Notes under the pieces: generated by a model
What the model saw: only the letters and a program-made list of their open reading frames with translations
What the model was told of the DNA's origin: nothing
The model's database searches: none
Shown: positions 17,261-26,010 of the stretch, one piece after another
Numbering within the stretch: the first letter of the stretch is position 1
Layout of the letters: each line of letters begins with the position of its first letter
DNA from: Parcubacteria group bacterium
Lineage (GTDB): Bacteria; Patescibacteriota; Minisyncoccia; Moranbacterales; UBA2206
Length of the DNA: 64,000 nucleotides
Reading direction: 5' to 3'
Assembly: GCA_041645535.1 (NCBI GenBank)
Contig: JBAZPT010000002.1
Location: 170,853-234,852 of the forward strand
Position numbers and translations under genes: made by a program

Positions 17261-18145
17261 ATGACACTGTATAATCAAGCCGACAAAAACACCAGATTGA
17301 CCTGGATTTATATATCCGGGTTTTTGGTTTTTGTCATTGGTGTCGGCTATATTTTCGCAGGAGCGATGGGAAACAGCGCGATTCTTTATGACGCGGTAAT
17401 TTTTTCTGTTATTATGAGTTTCGGATCATATTGGTGGAGCGACAAAATTGTCTTGGCGATGAGCGGAGCGAAATTGGTGACGCATGAAAACGGCAGGGAA
17501 ATTTATCATTTGGTGGAAAATCTTTGCATAACGGCGGGCCTGCAGGTGCCCAAAATTTATATTATCGAAGACACGGCGCCGAATGCTTTCGCGACCGGTC
17601 GCGATCCGGAGCATGCGGTTATTTGCGTGACCACTGGCATTTTGCAAAAATTGGAAAAAGTCGAACTCGAAGGCGTGATTGCGCATGAGCTTTCACATAT
17701 TGGCAATCGCGATATTTTATTGTCTACAGTCGTGGTTGTTTTAGTTGGTTTTGTAACTCTTCTGGCAGACTGGTTTCGCCACTGGGCGTTTTTTAGGAAA
17801 AGAGATAGCGAAGGCGGCGGGCAGCTACAAGTTATTTTAATGATTGTAGCGATAGTTTTGTCAATTCTGGCTCCCATTGCGGCGGTTTTGATGCAACTGG
17901 CGATTTCACGCAAGCGCGAATTTCTGGCGGACGCTGACGGGGCGCTCCTTACCCGTTATCCCGATGGCCTGGCCAGGGCGCTGGAAAAAATTTCAGCCGA
18001 CACCGAACCGCTCGAAGCCGCCAACCGCGCCACAGCGCATCTTTACATCGTGAATCCGTTCAAGGGCAAAAAACTTACCAAACTGTTTATGACTCATCCG
18101 CCGATAGAGGAACGGGTGAAGGCGTTGCGGGGGATGTCAGTTTGA
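17261..18145 (+). CDS. htpX: M48-family zinc protease HtpX
   Basis: 294 aa with the HELSH zinc motif (IAHELSHIGNRD) and 4 TM segments. The lemA-htpX pairing is common. Confidence 0.9.
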   Translation: MTLYNQADKNTRLTWIYISGFLVFVIGVGYIFAGAMGNSAILYDAVIFSVIMSFGSYWWSDKIVLAMSGAKLVTHENGREIYHLVENLCITAGLQVPKIYIIEDTAPNAFATGRDPEHAVICVTTGILQKLEKVELEGVIAHELSHIGNRDILLSTVVVVLVGFVTLLADWFRHWAFFRKRDSEGGGQLQVILMIVAIVLSILAPIAAVLMQLAISRKREFLADADGALLTRYPDGLARALEKISADTEPLEAANRATAHLYIVNPFKGKKLTKLFMTHPPIEERVKALRGMSV

Positions 18146-18160
18146 CATATAATAAACCTA

Positions 18161-18204
18161 TTTTAAGGATTGGCAATCCTTAAAACTTGACAATTTTAAG
18201 GATT
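18161..18204. repeat. three copies of TTTTAAGGATT (inverted pair 18161-18171 / 18175-18185, direct copy 18194-18204)
   Basis: Read directly. The third copy sits in the promoter spacer of the AAA ATPase gene. Confidence 0.8.
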
Positions 18205-18214
18205 CTGCTATCAT
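18187..18214 (+). promoter_or_regulatory. promoter giving a leaderless AAA ATPase transcript
   Basis: TTGACA (18187-18192), 16 nt, TATCAT (18209-18214), 6 nt, ATG 18221. Confidence 0.5.
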
Positions 18215-18220
18215 TAGAAC

Positions 18221-19357
18221 ATGAAATTACCCAGATTTTATGACAATTTGGAAAAATACCTGCAACCGGGCAAAGTCCTGGTCATTTATGGCTCCCGGCA
18301 AATCGGAAAAACCACCCTTCTTAAAAACTTTCTCCAGAGAACAAAATTAAAATATAAGCTAGAATCCGGAGATAATATAAAAGTCCAGCAAGTTATGGGT
18401 TCGCAGGATTTTGAAAAAATATTAGAATATATTTCCGGCTATGAATTTTTTGCGATTGATGAGGCTCAAAGAATACCCGATGTTGGAATGGGGCTTAAAA
18501 TTATAGTTGACCAGGCTGCTGATATTATGGTTTTAGCAACAGGCTCGTCATCTTTTGAATTAGCCGGGCAAATCGGAGAGCCGCTCACCGGCAGAAAAAA
18601 AACTTTAATAATGTATCCGCTGTCGCAAATTGAACTTGCCAGTTTGTATAATAATTTTGAGTTAAAACAAAAATTGCCGGAGCAGCTTATTTTTGGAGGT
18701 TATCCGGCAGTGATGACTGCGAAAACAAACTTGGAAAAAATATCCACACTGGAGGAGATTGTGAATTCATATCTGCTTAAAGATATTTTAGATTTAGAAA
18801 AGGTGAAGGGCTCAAAAATTCTTTTGGATTTACTGCGCCTGCTGGCTTTTCAAGTCGGACAGGAAGTTTCGCTTTCGGAATTGGGCGGCAAGCTTGGCCT
18901 GGATTATAAAACGGTGGCAAGGTACCTTGATCTTTTGGAAAAATCATTCATTTTGTATAATCTGCGCGGGTTTTCAAGGAATCTTCGCAAGGAAATAACT
19001 AAAAAAAGCAAATATTATTTTTACGACAATGGAATTCGTAATGCCATTATCTCCAATTTTAACGATCTGGAAATGCGGGATGATACGGGCAGGCTATGGG
19101 AAAATTTTCTGGTTACGGAGCGTCTGAAGGCGCAACAATACAGAAATATATTTGCAAACAATTATTTTTGGCGGACATGGGAACAGCAGGAAATCGACTG
19201 GATTGAAGAGCGGGAAGGAAAACTTTTCGGATTTGAATTCAAATTTTCTAAAGACAAATTTAAAATTCCAGCCTCTTTTTTGAAAGCCTATCCCAAGACT
19301 GAAGTGAAAGTCATAACCAAAGAAAATTATCTTGATTTTGCGGGGGTGAAAAGATAA
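18221..19357 (+). CDS. AAA+ ATPase, COG1373/DUF4143-type (paralog 2)
   Basis: 378 aa. Walker A GSRQIGKTT and Walker B IDEAQ. Paralog of 6723-8015. Confidence 0.7.
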   Translation: MKLPRFYDNLEKYLQPGKVLVIYGSRQIGKTTLLKNFLQRTKLKYKLESGDNIKVQQVMGSQDFEKILEYISGYEFFAIDEAQRIPDVGMGLKIIVDQAADIMVLATGSSSFELAGQIGEPLTGRKKTLIMYPLSQIELASLYNNFELKQKLPEQLIFGGYPAVMTAKTNLEKISTLEEIVNSYLLKDILDLEKVKGSKILLDLLRLLAFQVGQEVSLSELGGKLGLDYKTVARYLDLLEKSFILYNLRGFSRNLRKEITKKSKYYFYDNGIRNAIISNFNDLEMRDDTGRLWENFLVTERLKAQQYRNIFANNYFWRTWEQQEIDWIEEREGKLFGFEFKFSKDKFKIPASFLKAYPKTEVKVITKENYLDFAGVKR

Positions 19358-19521
19358 TCGCCAACTATTTTGGCGCGAATAAAAAGAAAAGGCGAGAATT
19401 TATCCCGCCTTTTTAAATTTTTCTTCCTTGGTCCGCCATAGCTTTAGCATAGGCGACCTTTCATTCCAGATATTTTGCGTCATCTGGAAATTTTTTGGCG
19501 AATTTTGTGCCACAATTTTTG

Positions 19522-19553
19522 CCCCGTACCATGAAATATTTATTGGTGCGGGG
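19522..19553 (+). repeat. CCCC/GGGG-clamped hairpin (CCCCGTACCA / TGGTGCGGGG)
   Basis: 10-bp stem with one G-U and a 12-nt loop. The right arm ATTGGTGCGGGGT resembles the arms at 30801-30813 and 47381-47393. Confidence 0.6.
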
Positions 19554-19577
19554 TTTGCATTTCATTTTTTGTCCTCC

Positions 19578-19955
19578 TTAACCCAAAAGAAATAGGATTA
19601 TTTCCCAAAGGGTTACAAAGAAAGGAACGATAATATATTGCCATACGCTTATAGCAATAAATTTAATAAAGCAAATCACAAAAAACATTAAGATCAAAAG
19701 AAGGGGACCCACGAAGATAATTGGCCAAAACAATACAGCAAATGCGCGTTGTTCTCTGGTTAAAACCGAAATGATAATAATGTCTTTACTTGTTGGCTTT
19801 TCACCAACATAGACTTCCTCCCAAAAAATAATCTTGTTTGTTGCAGAAGTGTATTGTTGAGCGATACTCACAGGCTGATTTATGTCCCAGACAATGATTT
19901 TTCCTATAAGTAAATACAGCGCTATTATGAGAATTACTTTAATTCCTTTTTTCAT
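19578..19955 (-). CDS. hypothetical membrane protein
   Basis: The track ORF was trimmed to ATG 19955 (GAGGAGGA SD). Several TM segments. Confidence 0.5.
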   Translation of the reverse strand: MKKGIKVILIIALYLLIGKIIVWDINQPVSIAQQYTSATNKIIFWEEVYVGEKPTSKDIIIISVLTREQRAFAVLFWPIIFVGPLLLILMFFVICFIKFIAISVWQYIIVPFFVTLWEIILFLLG

Positions 19956-20101
19956 TTTATCCTCCTCAATTTTCAAAGATCTTTCTCCCAAAGGGAGAAT
20001 AGTGCATCATAAGGTAATTAGGAAATATGACAAGAAAATTAAAGCAAAATACTAAATTAATGCCTATAATAAGCCATAGTATTTTTAAAAATCTGAAAAT
20101 G

Positions 20102-20130
20102 TTGACAAAAAAGTTGTCATATTGTAAGAT
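20102..20130 (+). promoter_or_regulatory. promoter plus palindromic operator candidate of TrmB paralog 3 (leaderless)
   Basis: TTGACA (20102-20107), 17 nt, TAAGAT (20125-20130), 6 nt, ATG 20137. Palindrome TGACAA-AAAAG-TTGTCA at 20103-20119. Confidence 0.5.
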
Positions 20131-20136
20131 GCTGGC

Positions 20137-20868
20137 ATGCAGGAGGAATTACTCAAAAACTTGGAAAACGTCGGACTGGAATCCAAAGAAGCCCAGATTT
20201 ATCTGGCTATTTTGCATTTAGGCAAAGCGACGATTGCGGATGTGGCTAGAAAATCAAAAGTGAAAAGAATGACCGTTTACCAGCACATTGACGATTTGCT
20301 GCAAAAAAATCTGGTGCATAAAACCGCCGAGGGGAAAAGGATTTTTTATGTGGCCGAAAGTCCGGAGAAAATCTTGAAAATTCTGGACCGCAAGAAAAAG
20401 CATTTTGAAAAAATCCTGCCGGATCTCAAAAGCGTTTTTGCCCAATCTTCGCATAAGCCGCAAATTAGATTTTACGAAGGCATCGAAGGCATGCGCTCAA
20501 TTTATGACGAGCTGACCAAAACCTCGCAGACAATTTATGGCGCGTTTGCGGCTGATAAATATTTCTCGGTTTTCAATGAAAGGGATAATGAAAAGTTTTT
20601 TGAAAATATCCGCGAATCCGGCGGGCAGATCAAAGATTTGATTGAGGATACACCGGTTGGCCGAAAGCACGCCAAAAGCCAGTGGTATAAAGATCTGGGG
20701 TCTTCCAAAATTCTGCCGGAAGATTTCAAATTATCTGTAGATATTATGATCGCGGGCGATAAAGTCGCCATGATATCCCTAGTAAACTTGATTGGTATTG
20801 TCATCGAAAACGCCGAAATTGCTGAGCTACAGAGGAATTTTATTAAATTTATAAGAAGAAATATATAA
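20137..20868 (+). CDS. TrmB-family transcriptional regulator (paralog 3)
   Basis: 243 aa, VGLESKEAQIYLAILHLGKATIADVARKSKVKRMTVYQHIDDLLQKNLV. Confidence 0.8.
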   Translation: MQEELLKNLENVGLESKEAQIYLAILHLGKATIADVARKSKVKRMTVYQHIDDLLQKNLVHKTAEGKRIFYVAESPEKILKILDRKKKHFEKILPDLKSVFAQSSHKPQIRFYEGIEGMRSIYDELTKTSQTIYGAFAADKYFSVFNERDNEKFFENIRESGGQIKDLIEDTPVGRKHAKSQWYKDLGSSKILPEDFKLSVDIMIAGDKVAMISLVNLIGIVIENAEIAELQRNFIKFIRRNI

Positions 20869-20923
20869 AAACAGATATGTAAATTTGTGCATATGCAGGA
20901 TTTTACATATTTTGAACTAATTT

Positions 20924-21391
20924 ATGCAATTTAAGATTCCCAAATCAGACAAGTATCAGTGGACACGGCATGCGCAGTGGAAAATGCGCCAGTATGGTTT
21001 GAGTCCGCAGAGAGTGATTCGCGTGATTCGAAATCCAGAAAGAATTGAAGAAGGAATAGTCGAGAAAACAATTGCAGTTATGCAGCCCGCCTCCGTCCGC
21101 CATGGGCGGACTTCGGCGGGTAAACCCGCTAAAACCTGGAGCCAGGAAATTTGGGCGATGTACCAGCTCCGCAAAAGCGGAGCAATTTCCAAATCTCAAT
21201 TTCTCCCGCCAAGTCGGGATCCCGCCAAGGCGGTGACAATTTCCAATAAAATTTCAAATCCTAAATTTCAAAAACTCCAAACTATAAACCAAAAACTAAA
21301 AATCATTAGTGCTTGGCGGTATCCGGGGGTGAGTCCGAAAAATAATCCGATTCCCGAGGAAATTCTGCGGGAAATCGCCGAGATAAAATAG
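20924..21391 (+). CDS. DUF4258-like small protein expanded by repeat insertions
   Basis: The N-terminus WTRHAQWKMRQYGLSPQRVIRVIRNPERIEEG resembles DUF4258. Two GC-rich or low-complexity inserts interrupt it. Confidence 0.35.
   Translation: MQFKIPKSDKYQWTRHAQWKMRQYGLSPQRVIRVIRNPERIEEGIVEKTIAVMQPASVRHGRTSAGKPAKTWSQEIWAMYQLRKSGAISKSQFLPPSRDPAKAVTISNKISNPKFQKLQTINQKLKIISAWRYPGVSPKNNPIPEEILREIAEIK
21086..21120. repeat. GC-rich nested palindrome inside CDS (CCCGCC tcc GTCCGCC atg GGCGGAC ttc GGCGGG)
   Basis: Read directly. It encodes PASVRHGRTSAG. Further small GC palindromes lie at 21205-21233. Confidence 0.85.
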
Positions 21392-21467
21392 GTATTGTGA
21401 GATTGGGATATTACTGATATAATAAAATCAGGTAAATTAAAGATCAAAATAGAAAGGCAGGTGTAAT

Positions 21468-21839
21468 ATGGAAGAACAAACAACACAACAGCCGGTTCAG
21501 CCGGCGGCTCCGCAAGGGAATCAGTCGGACGCGGAAAAGAACAAGGCCATGGCTATCATCGGCTACATTATCCCGATTCTTTTCTTCATTCCATTGGTGA
21601 CTGACGCGAAGAACAGCGTTTTTGCGAAATATCACGCCAACCAGCAGTTGAATTTTCTGCTTTTTGCCGTAGTCGGCTATATCATTTCCAGTATTTTGAT
21701 GGTGGTTCTGATCGGATTCCTGCTTTACTTCTTAGTGATGATTGCCAGCATCGTGTTTATGATTATGGGAATTATCAACGCGGCCAAGGGCGAAATGAAA
21801 CCGCTGCCCCTTATCGGCGGAATCAATATTATCAAGTAA
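21468..21839 (+). CDS. DUF4870-like membrane protein
   Basis: 123 aa, KNKAMAIIGYIIPILFFIPLVTDAKNSVFAKYHANQQLNF. Confidence 0.5.
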   Translation: MEEQTTQQPVQPAAPQGNQSDAEKNKAMAIIGYIIPILFFIPLVTDAKNSVFAKYHANQQLNFLLFAVVGYIISSILMVVLIGFLLYFLVMIASIVFMIMGIINAAKGEMKPLPLIGGINIIK

Positions 21840-21862
21840 TTTTTTCTGAAAAAATTATACAA

Positions 21863-21892
21863 ACAGGCGCTGCTTTCAGTTTCGCCTGTTTT
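21863..21892 (+). terminator. rho-independent terminator
   Basis: ACAGGCG...CGCCTGT followed by TTTTG. Confidence 0.55.
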
Positions 21893-21909
21893 GTTATATA
21901 ATAGAGCAT

Positions 21910-23343
21910 ATGAAAAGAACAAAAATTGTCGCCACAATCGGACCAGCATCGAGCTCAAAAAATATTTTGAAAAAAATGATTGAGAGCGGGATGAATGTGG
22001 CGCGCATCAACTTTTCCCATGGCACATACGCAGCCAACAGCGAGCTTATAAAAAGCATCCGGGAGATCAGTGAAAAGATGGATATCCCGATTGGAATCAT
22101 GGCCGATCTGCAGGGGCCCCGGATCCGCACGCTGGCGGACGACGATGTGGAGATTAAAAAGGGCGAGACCGTCATGGTTTCCGACATTTCAGTCAGAAGC
22201 CGACTGCCAATCGTTAAGTATAAGTTTTTCAAACTGGACTCGCCTGGAATAATTAAAACTATCTCTCTGGGAAACAGCATACTGATCGAAGATGGGCTTA
22301 TGCGGGTTAAAGTAATCCAAAAATCCAAGGATTATCTGCTGGCGGAAGTAATCGAGGGCGGAATAATAAAAAATCACAAAGGCGTGAATATTCCGGACGC
22401 TAAGCTGAAAATCGGAGCGGTGACAAAAAAGGACGAACGGGATTTGAAATTCGCGCTTAAAAGCGATGTCGATTTCATCGCTCTTTCTTTTGTCAGCAAT
22501 AGGAAGGAAATCGAAAGCATCAAGAAGAAGATTAAAAAAATTCTGGGCAGAAACGATGATCTGCCGCAAATCGTGGCCAAGATTGAAAGAAAAGAAGCGA
22601 TCAAAAATATTGATGAAATAATTTCTGCTACAGATATTCTGATGGTCGCCCGAGGAGATCTAGGGATAGAAATGGATGAAAGCCGGGTGGTGATTTATCA
22701 GAAAGATTTAATTGCCAGGTGTTTGAAAGCTGGCAAGCCGGTGATCGTGGCGACCCAGATGCTTAATTCCATGATTGAGAATCCCCGGCCGACGAGGGCT
22801 GAAGTCAGCGATGTTTCCAATGCCGTAATCGACCATGCTGATGCTGTTATGCTTTCCGGAGAATCGGCCAGCGGTAAATATCCAGTGGAGGCCGTAAGAA
22901 CAATGCGCGATATTATTGAAAGGACGGAAGAATCGCCCTTTGACGATCTGATACACGGATTTTTGGGCGACAGCAAGTCATCTGTCTCAGCGGCGGTGGC
23001 CAATAGCGCCCACGAACTTTCCAAAGACAGCGGAGCCCGGGCGATTGTCGTGGCCAGCCGCAGCGGTTTCACCGCCCATATGATCGCCAGGCACCGTCCG
23101 ATGCAAAGCATATTCGTCATTACTAACAGCGAAAAAACGCACAACCAGCTGTCGATTCTCTGGGGAACGGAAAGTTTTGTGCTGAAAGATTGCAAAACTT
23201 TGGACGATTTAATTACCCGGTCAGTCGACATTCTAACCAAAAAAAAGCTGCTCAAGAAAAAAGACAGGGTAGTAATTGTTACCGGGCGGCCGCATGTGAA
23301 AAGAGAGCATATGAGCTTAGTGAAAGTTGAGGAAATAAAGTGA
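21910..23343 (+). CDS. pyk: pyruvate kinase
   Basis: 477 aa. MKRTKIVATIGPAS, NVARINFSHG, MVARGDLGIE. TATAAT at 21897-21902 lies 7 nt before the ATG with no SD. Confidence 0.95.
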   Translation: MKRTKIVATIGPASSSKNILKKMIESGMNVARINFSHGTYAANSELIKSIREISEKMDIPIGIMADLQGPRIRTLADDDVEIKKGETVMVSDISVRSRLPIVKYKFFKLDSPGIIKTISLGNSILIEDGLMRVKVIQKSKDYLLAEVIEGGIIKNHKGVNIPDAKLKIGAVTKKDERDLKFALKSDVDFIALSFVSNRKEIESIKKKIKKILGRNDDLPQIVAKIERKEAIKNIDEIISATDILMVARGDLGIEMDESRVVIYQKDLIARCLKAGKPVIVATQMLNSMIENPRPTRAEVSDVSNAVIDHADAVMLSGESASGKYPVEAVRTMRDIIERTEESPFDDLIHGFLGDSKSSVSAAVANSAHELSKDSGARAIVVASRSGFTAHMIARHRPMQSIFVITNSEKTHNQLSILWGTESFVLKDCKTLDDLITRSVDILTKKKLLKKKDRVVIVTGRPHVKREHMSLVKVEEIK

Positions 23344-23347
23344 TCTC

Positions 23348-23375
23348 GTAACTCGCAACGCATAACTCATAACAC
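23348..23375 (+). repeat. 7-nt periodic segment (GTAACTC GCAACGC ATAACTC ATAACAC)
   Basis: Read directly in the pyk-ppsA spacer. Confidence 0.5.
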
Positions 23376-23398
23376 AAAATAAAATTTAAAATAAAAAA

Positions 23399-25831
23399 AT
23401 GCAAAACAAAAAAAACATTCTCTGGTTTGCGGAAACCAGAATCAAGGACATTCCCTTGGTCGGAGGGAAAAACGCGTCGCTTGGCGAGATGTATGCTAAT
23501 CTCCGGGTGAAAAAAATCAATGTTCCCAACGGTTTTTCCGTAACCGCCGAGGCTTTCCGTTATTTTGTCCATCATAATAAGCTTGAGGACAAATTCAAAA
23601 AAATATTAAAAGGCTTGAACACCGGAAGCATGCGCAATCTGTCCGAGCGCGGCTATCGCGTTCGAGAATCAATCCTGGCTTCTGAATTTCCGGACGATTT
23701 GCGAAATGATATTGTCAAAGCCTACGCCAAGCTTTCTGGGCAATATTTGCCGCACAAAAGTTTTCGGCTGACAACTGACAAAGAAGACCACACTAACCAT
23801 TTTGCCGGCGGCGTGGATGTGGCAGTGCGCTCCAGCGCCACGGCCGAGGATTTGGCTGACGCCTCATTTGCCGGACAGCAGGAATCTTACCTGAATGTTA
23901 CCGGTGAATATCAACTTTTGGAATCGGTTAAAAAATGTTTTTCTTCTCTTTTTACCGACCGCGCCATATCTTATCGCGTGGACAAAGGCTTCGGCCATTT
24001 TGATGTCGCCCTTTCCGTGGGAGTGCAAAAAATGGTCCGTTCCGACGAGGCTTGCTCCGGAGTAATGTTCACTATCGATACCGAATCCGGCTTTCAGAAC
24101 GCCATCATTATCAACGGATCCTGGGGGTTGGGCGAGAATATTGTGAAGGGAAAAGTCAATCCGGATGAATTTATCGTGCATAAGCCGACATTGAAACAGG
24201 GATTTAAATCCATTATTGGAAAGAAAATGGGGAGCAAGGAAAATAAGCTGGTTTATAGCGTCGGCGGAACTTCCTCGACGCAAAATGCCAATGTGTCGAT
24301 TGAAGACCGCAAGAAATTTTGCCTGAACGATGAGGAAGTTTTACAATTGGCCAAGTGGGGAGCGCTCATCGAGGAACATTACAAAAAAGCAATGGACATT
24401 GAATGGGCCAAGGACGGAAGATCGCATGAGTTGTATATTGTCCAGGCCCGGCCGGAAACTGTGCAGTCGCAGAAGGACAAAAATGTTTTGGAAGAATACA
24501 TTCTGCGAAGGCTCGGGACAATTCTTTGCGTCGGGGCGGCCGTGGGGAATAAAATCGGCTCCGGACAGGCCAATGTCATAAAGGACGTGGCCCAAATAGC
24601 TGATTTTAAAAAAGGAGAAGTATTGGTAACAGAAATGACAGATCCAGACTGGGAACCGATTATGAAAATAGCCAGTGCCATCGTGACCAATAGCGGAGGG
24701 CGCACTTCGCACGCGGCCATTGTCAGCCGGGAATTGGGAATACCCTGTGTTGTCGGAACGGGCAACGCCACGCGCGCGATAAAAGACAGGAAGATGATAA
24801 CCATCAGCTGCGCCGAAGGAGAAGAAGGAAGAATTTATGATGGCGCTCTGGCTTTCGACATCAAAAGAACGGATCTTAAAAACTTCAAAAAGCCCAAAAT
24901 AAAAATAATGATGAATGTCGGCAATCCTGACCAGGCTTTTGAGATGTCGATGATCCCCAACGACGGAGTGGGGCTGGCGCGCATGGAATTTATCATTACG
25001 GAATATATAAAAGCCCACCCGATGGCGCTCATCCATTTTGAAAAAGTCAAGGACAAAGAAGAAAAGAAAAAAATAGAAGAGCTGGCGCACGGCTACAAAA
25101 GCAAAGAGCAATTTTTTATCGACAAGCTGGCGGAAGGAATCGGCAGGATCGCGGCCGCCTTTTATCCCAAAGATGTGATTGTCAGAATGAGTGATTTCAA
25201 AACCAACGAGTATGCTACGCTGGTTGGCGGCAAAAATTTCGAACCGCATGAAGAAAATCCGATGATCGGTTGGCGCGGAGCGTCCCGCTATTACGATCCG
25301 GACTACATTGAAGGATTTAAGCTGGAATGCGAGGCGCTCAAAAAGGTGAGAAATGTTATGGGGCTGACAAATTTGAAAGTTATGATTCCGTTTTGCCGGA
25401 CAGTGGAAGAGGGTGAAAAGGTTTTGGCGCAAATGAAAAAATTCGGCCTCAAGCGCGGCGAGAATCAGCTGGATGTTTATGTGATGTGCGAAATCCCGTC
25501 CAATGTGATCCTGGCTCATGAATTTTCCAAAATCTTCGATGGATTTTCCATCGGCTCCAATGATCTCACGCAGTTGACACTTGGCGTCGATCGCGACAGC
25601 GCGAAAGTGGCGCATATTTATAATGAAAGGAATGAAGCGGTGAAGGAACTGATCCGCATGGTGATCGCGAAAGCCCACGCGGCCGGACGCAAAGTCGGCA
25701 TCTGCGGCCAGGCTCCGTCAGACTTTCTGGATTTCGCCGAGTTTTTAGTCAGAGAAAAAATAGATTCCATATCTTTGAATCCGGACACCGTGATTAAAAC
25801 AATGTTGGATATCGGGAAGATGGAGAAATAG
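23399..25831 (+). CDS. ppsA: phosphoenolpyruvate synthase (pyruvate, water dikinase)
   Basis: 810 aa with ATP-grasp N-domain, phosphohistidine swivel motif GGRTSHAAIVSRELGIP and a C-terminal PEP-utilising TIM barrel. Confidence 0.9.
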   Translation: MQNKKNILWFAETRIKDIPLVGGKNASLGEMYANLRVKKINVPNGFSVTAEAFRYFVHHNKLEDKFKKILKGLNTGSMRNLSERGYRVRESILASEFPDDLRNDIVKAYAKLSGQYLPHKSFRLTTDKEDHTNHFAGGVDVAVRSSATAEDLADASFAGQQESYLNVTGEYQLLESVKKCFSSLFTDRAISYRVDKGFGHFDVALSVGVQKMVRSDEACSGVMFTIDTESGFQNAIIINGSWGLGENIVKGKVNPDEFIVHKPTLKQGFKSIIGKKMGSKENKLVYSVGGTSSTQNANVSIEDRKKFCLNDEEVLQLAKWGALIEEHYKKAMDIEWAKDGRSHELYIVQARPETVQSQKDKNVLEEYILRRLGTILCVGAAVGNKIGSGQANVIKDVAQIADFKKGEVLVTEMTDPDWEPIMKIASAIVTNSGGRTSHAAIVSRELGIPCVVGTGNATRAIKDRKMITISCAEGEEGRIYDGALAFDIKRTDLKNFKKPKIKIMMNVGNPDQAFEMSMIPNDGVGLARMEFIITEYIKAHPMALIHFEKVKDKEEKKKIEELAHGYKSKEQFFIDKLAEGIGRIAAAFYPKDVIVRMSDFKTNEYATLVGGKNFEPHEENPMIGWRGASRYYDPDYIEGFKLECEALKKVRNVMGLTNLKVMIPFCRTVEEGEKVLAQMKKFGLKRGENQLDVYVMCEIPSNVILAHEFSKIFDGFSIGSNDLTQLTLGVDRDSAKVAHIYNERNEAVKELIRMVIAKAHAAGRKVGICGQAPSDFLDFAEFLVREKIDSISLNPDTVIKTMLDIGKMEK

Positions 25832-25892
25832 TTGAATAAATCCAAGATACTTGCTAGATTATAAGCGGGGCGGAAGCCTCGCTTTAAAATAT

Positions 25893-25927
25893 GGAGGCGT
25901 CGCATAGTGGCCTATTGCGCATGCTTG
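25893..25927 (+). pseudogene. orphan 5' half of tRNA-Ser(GGA), copy 1
   Basis: 35 nt identical to 26649-26683, ending at anticodon position 34. Confidence 0.85.
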
Positions 25928-25995
25928 TCCGCTCGGCTTCGCGAGCGGATCCGCTCACCCGCTCGCGCCATAGGCGCTGAGCTGGGCTGAGCGGA
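25928..25995 (+). other. GC-rich double-hairpin module (also at 26306-26373)
   Basis: Hairpin 1 is TCCGCTCG-gcttcg-CGAGCGGA (25928-25949). Hairpin 2 is TCCGCTCA...TGAGCGGA with inner GCGCC/GGCGC (25950-25995). Confidence 0.7.
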
Positions 25996-26010
25996 GAAAA
26001 TTAAAATGAT

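Noticed and set aside
19429-19457. GGTCCGCC-ATAGCTTTAGCATA-GGCGACC considered as a further GC-rich palindromic element.
   Set aside because: The arms are imperfect (GGTCCGCC versus GGCGACC) and the centre is not self-complementary. It is too weak to call.
19461-19565. A 34-codon minus-strand ORF (MKCKPRTNKYFMVRGKNCGTKFAKKFPDDAKYLE) with a strong SD (TAAGGAGGAC), just downstream of the 19578-19955 gene.
   Set aside because: Most of it coincides with a hairpin of the CCCC/GGGG family (19522-19553), and it ends at another palindromic segment. It could be real, but composition and overlap with repeats make it unreliable, so it is not listed as a CDS.
24341-25678. A 445-aa ORF on the minus strand. 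Other long antisense ORFs: 6185-6892, 12348-13043, 22698-23363, 29402-30067, 30818-31543, 47917-48531, 57808-58578.
   Set aside because: Each lies entirely antisense to a confidently identified gene (ppsA, the small cassette and AAA ATPase, S8 protease, pyk, dnaG, rpoD, typA, rodZ-like). They have low-complexity or odd composition and no SD or promoter. They are typical shadow ORFs.
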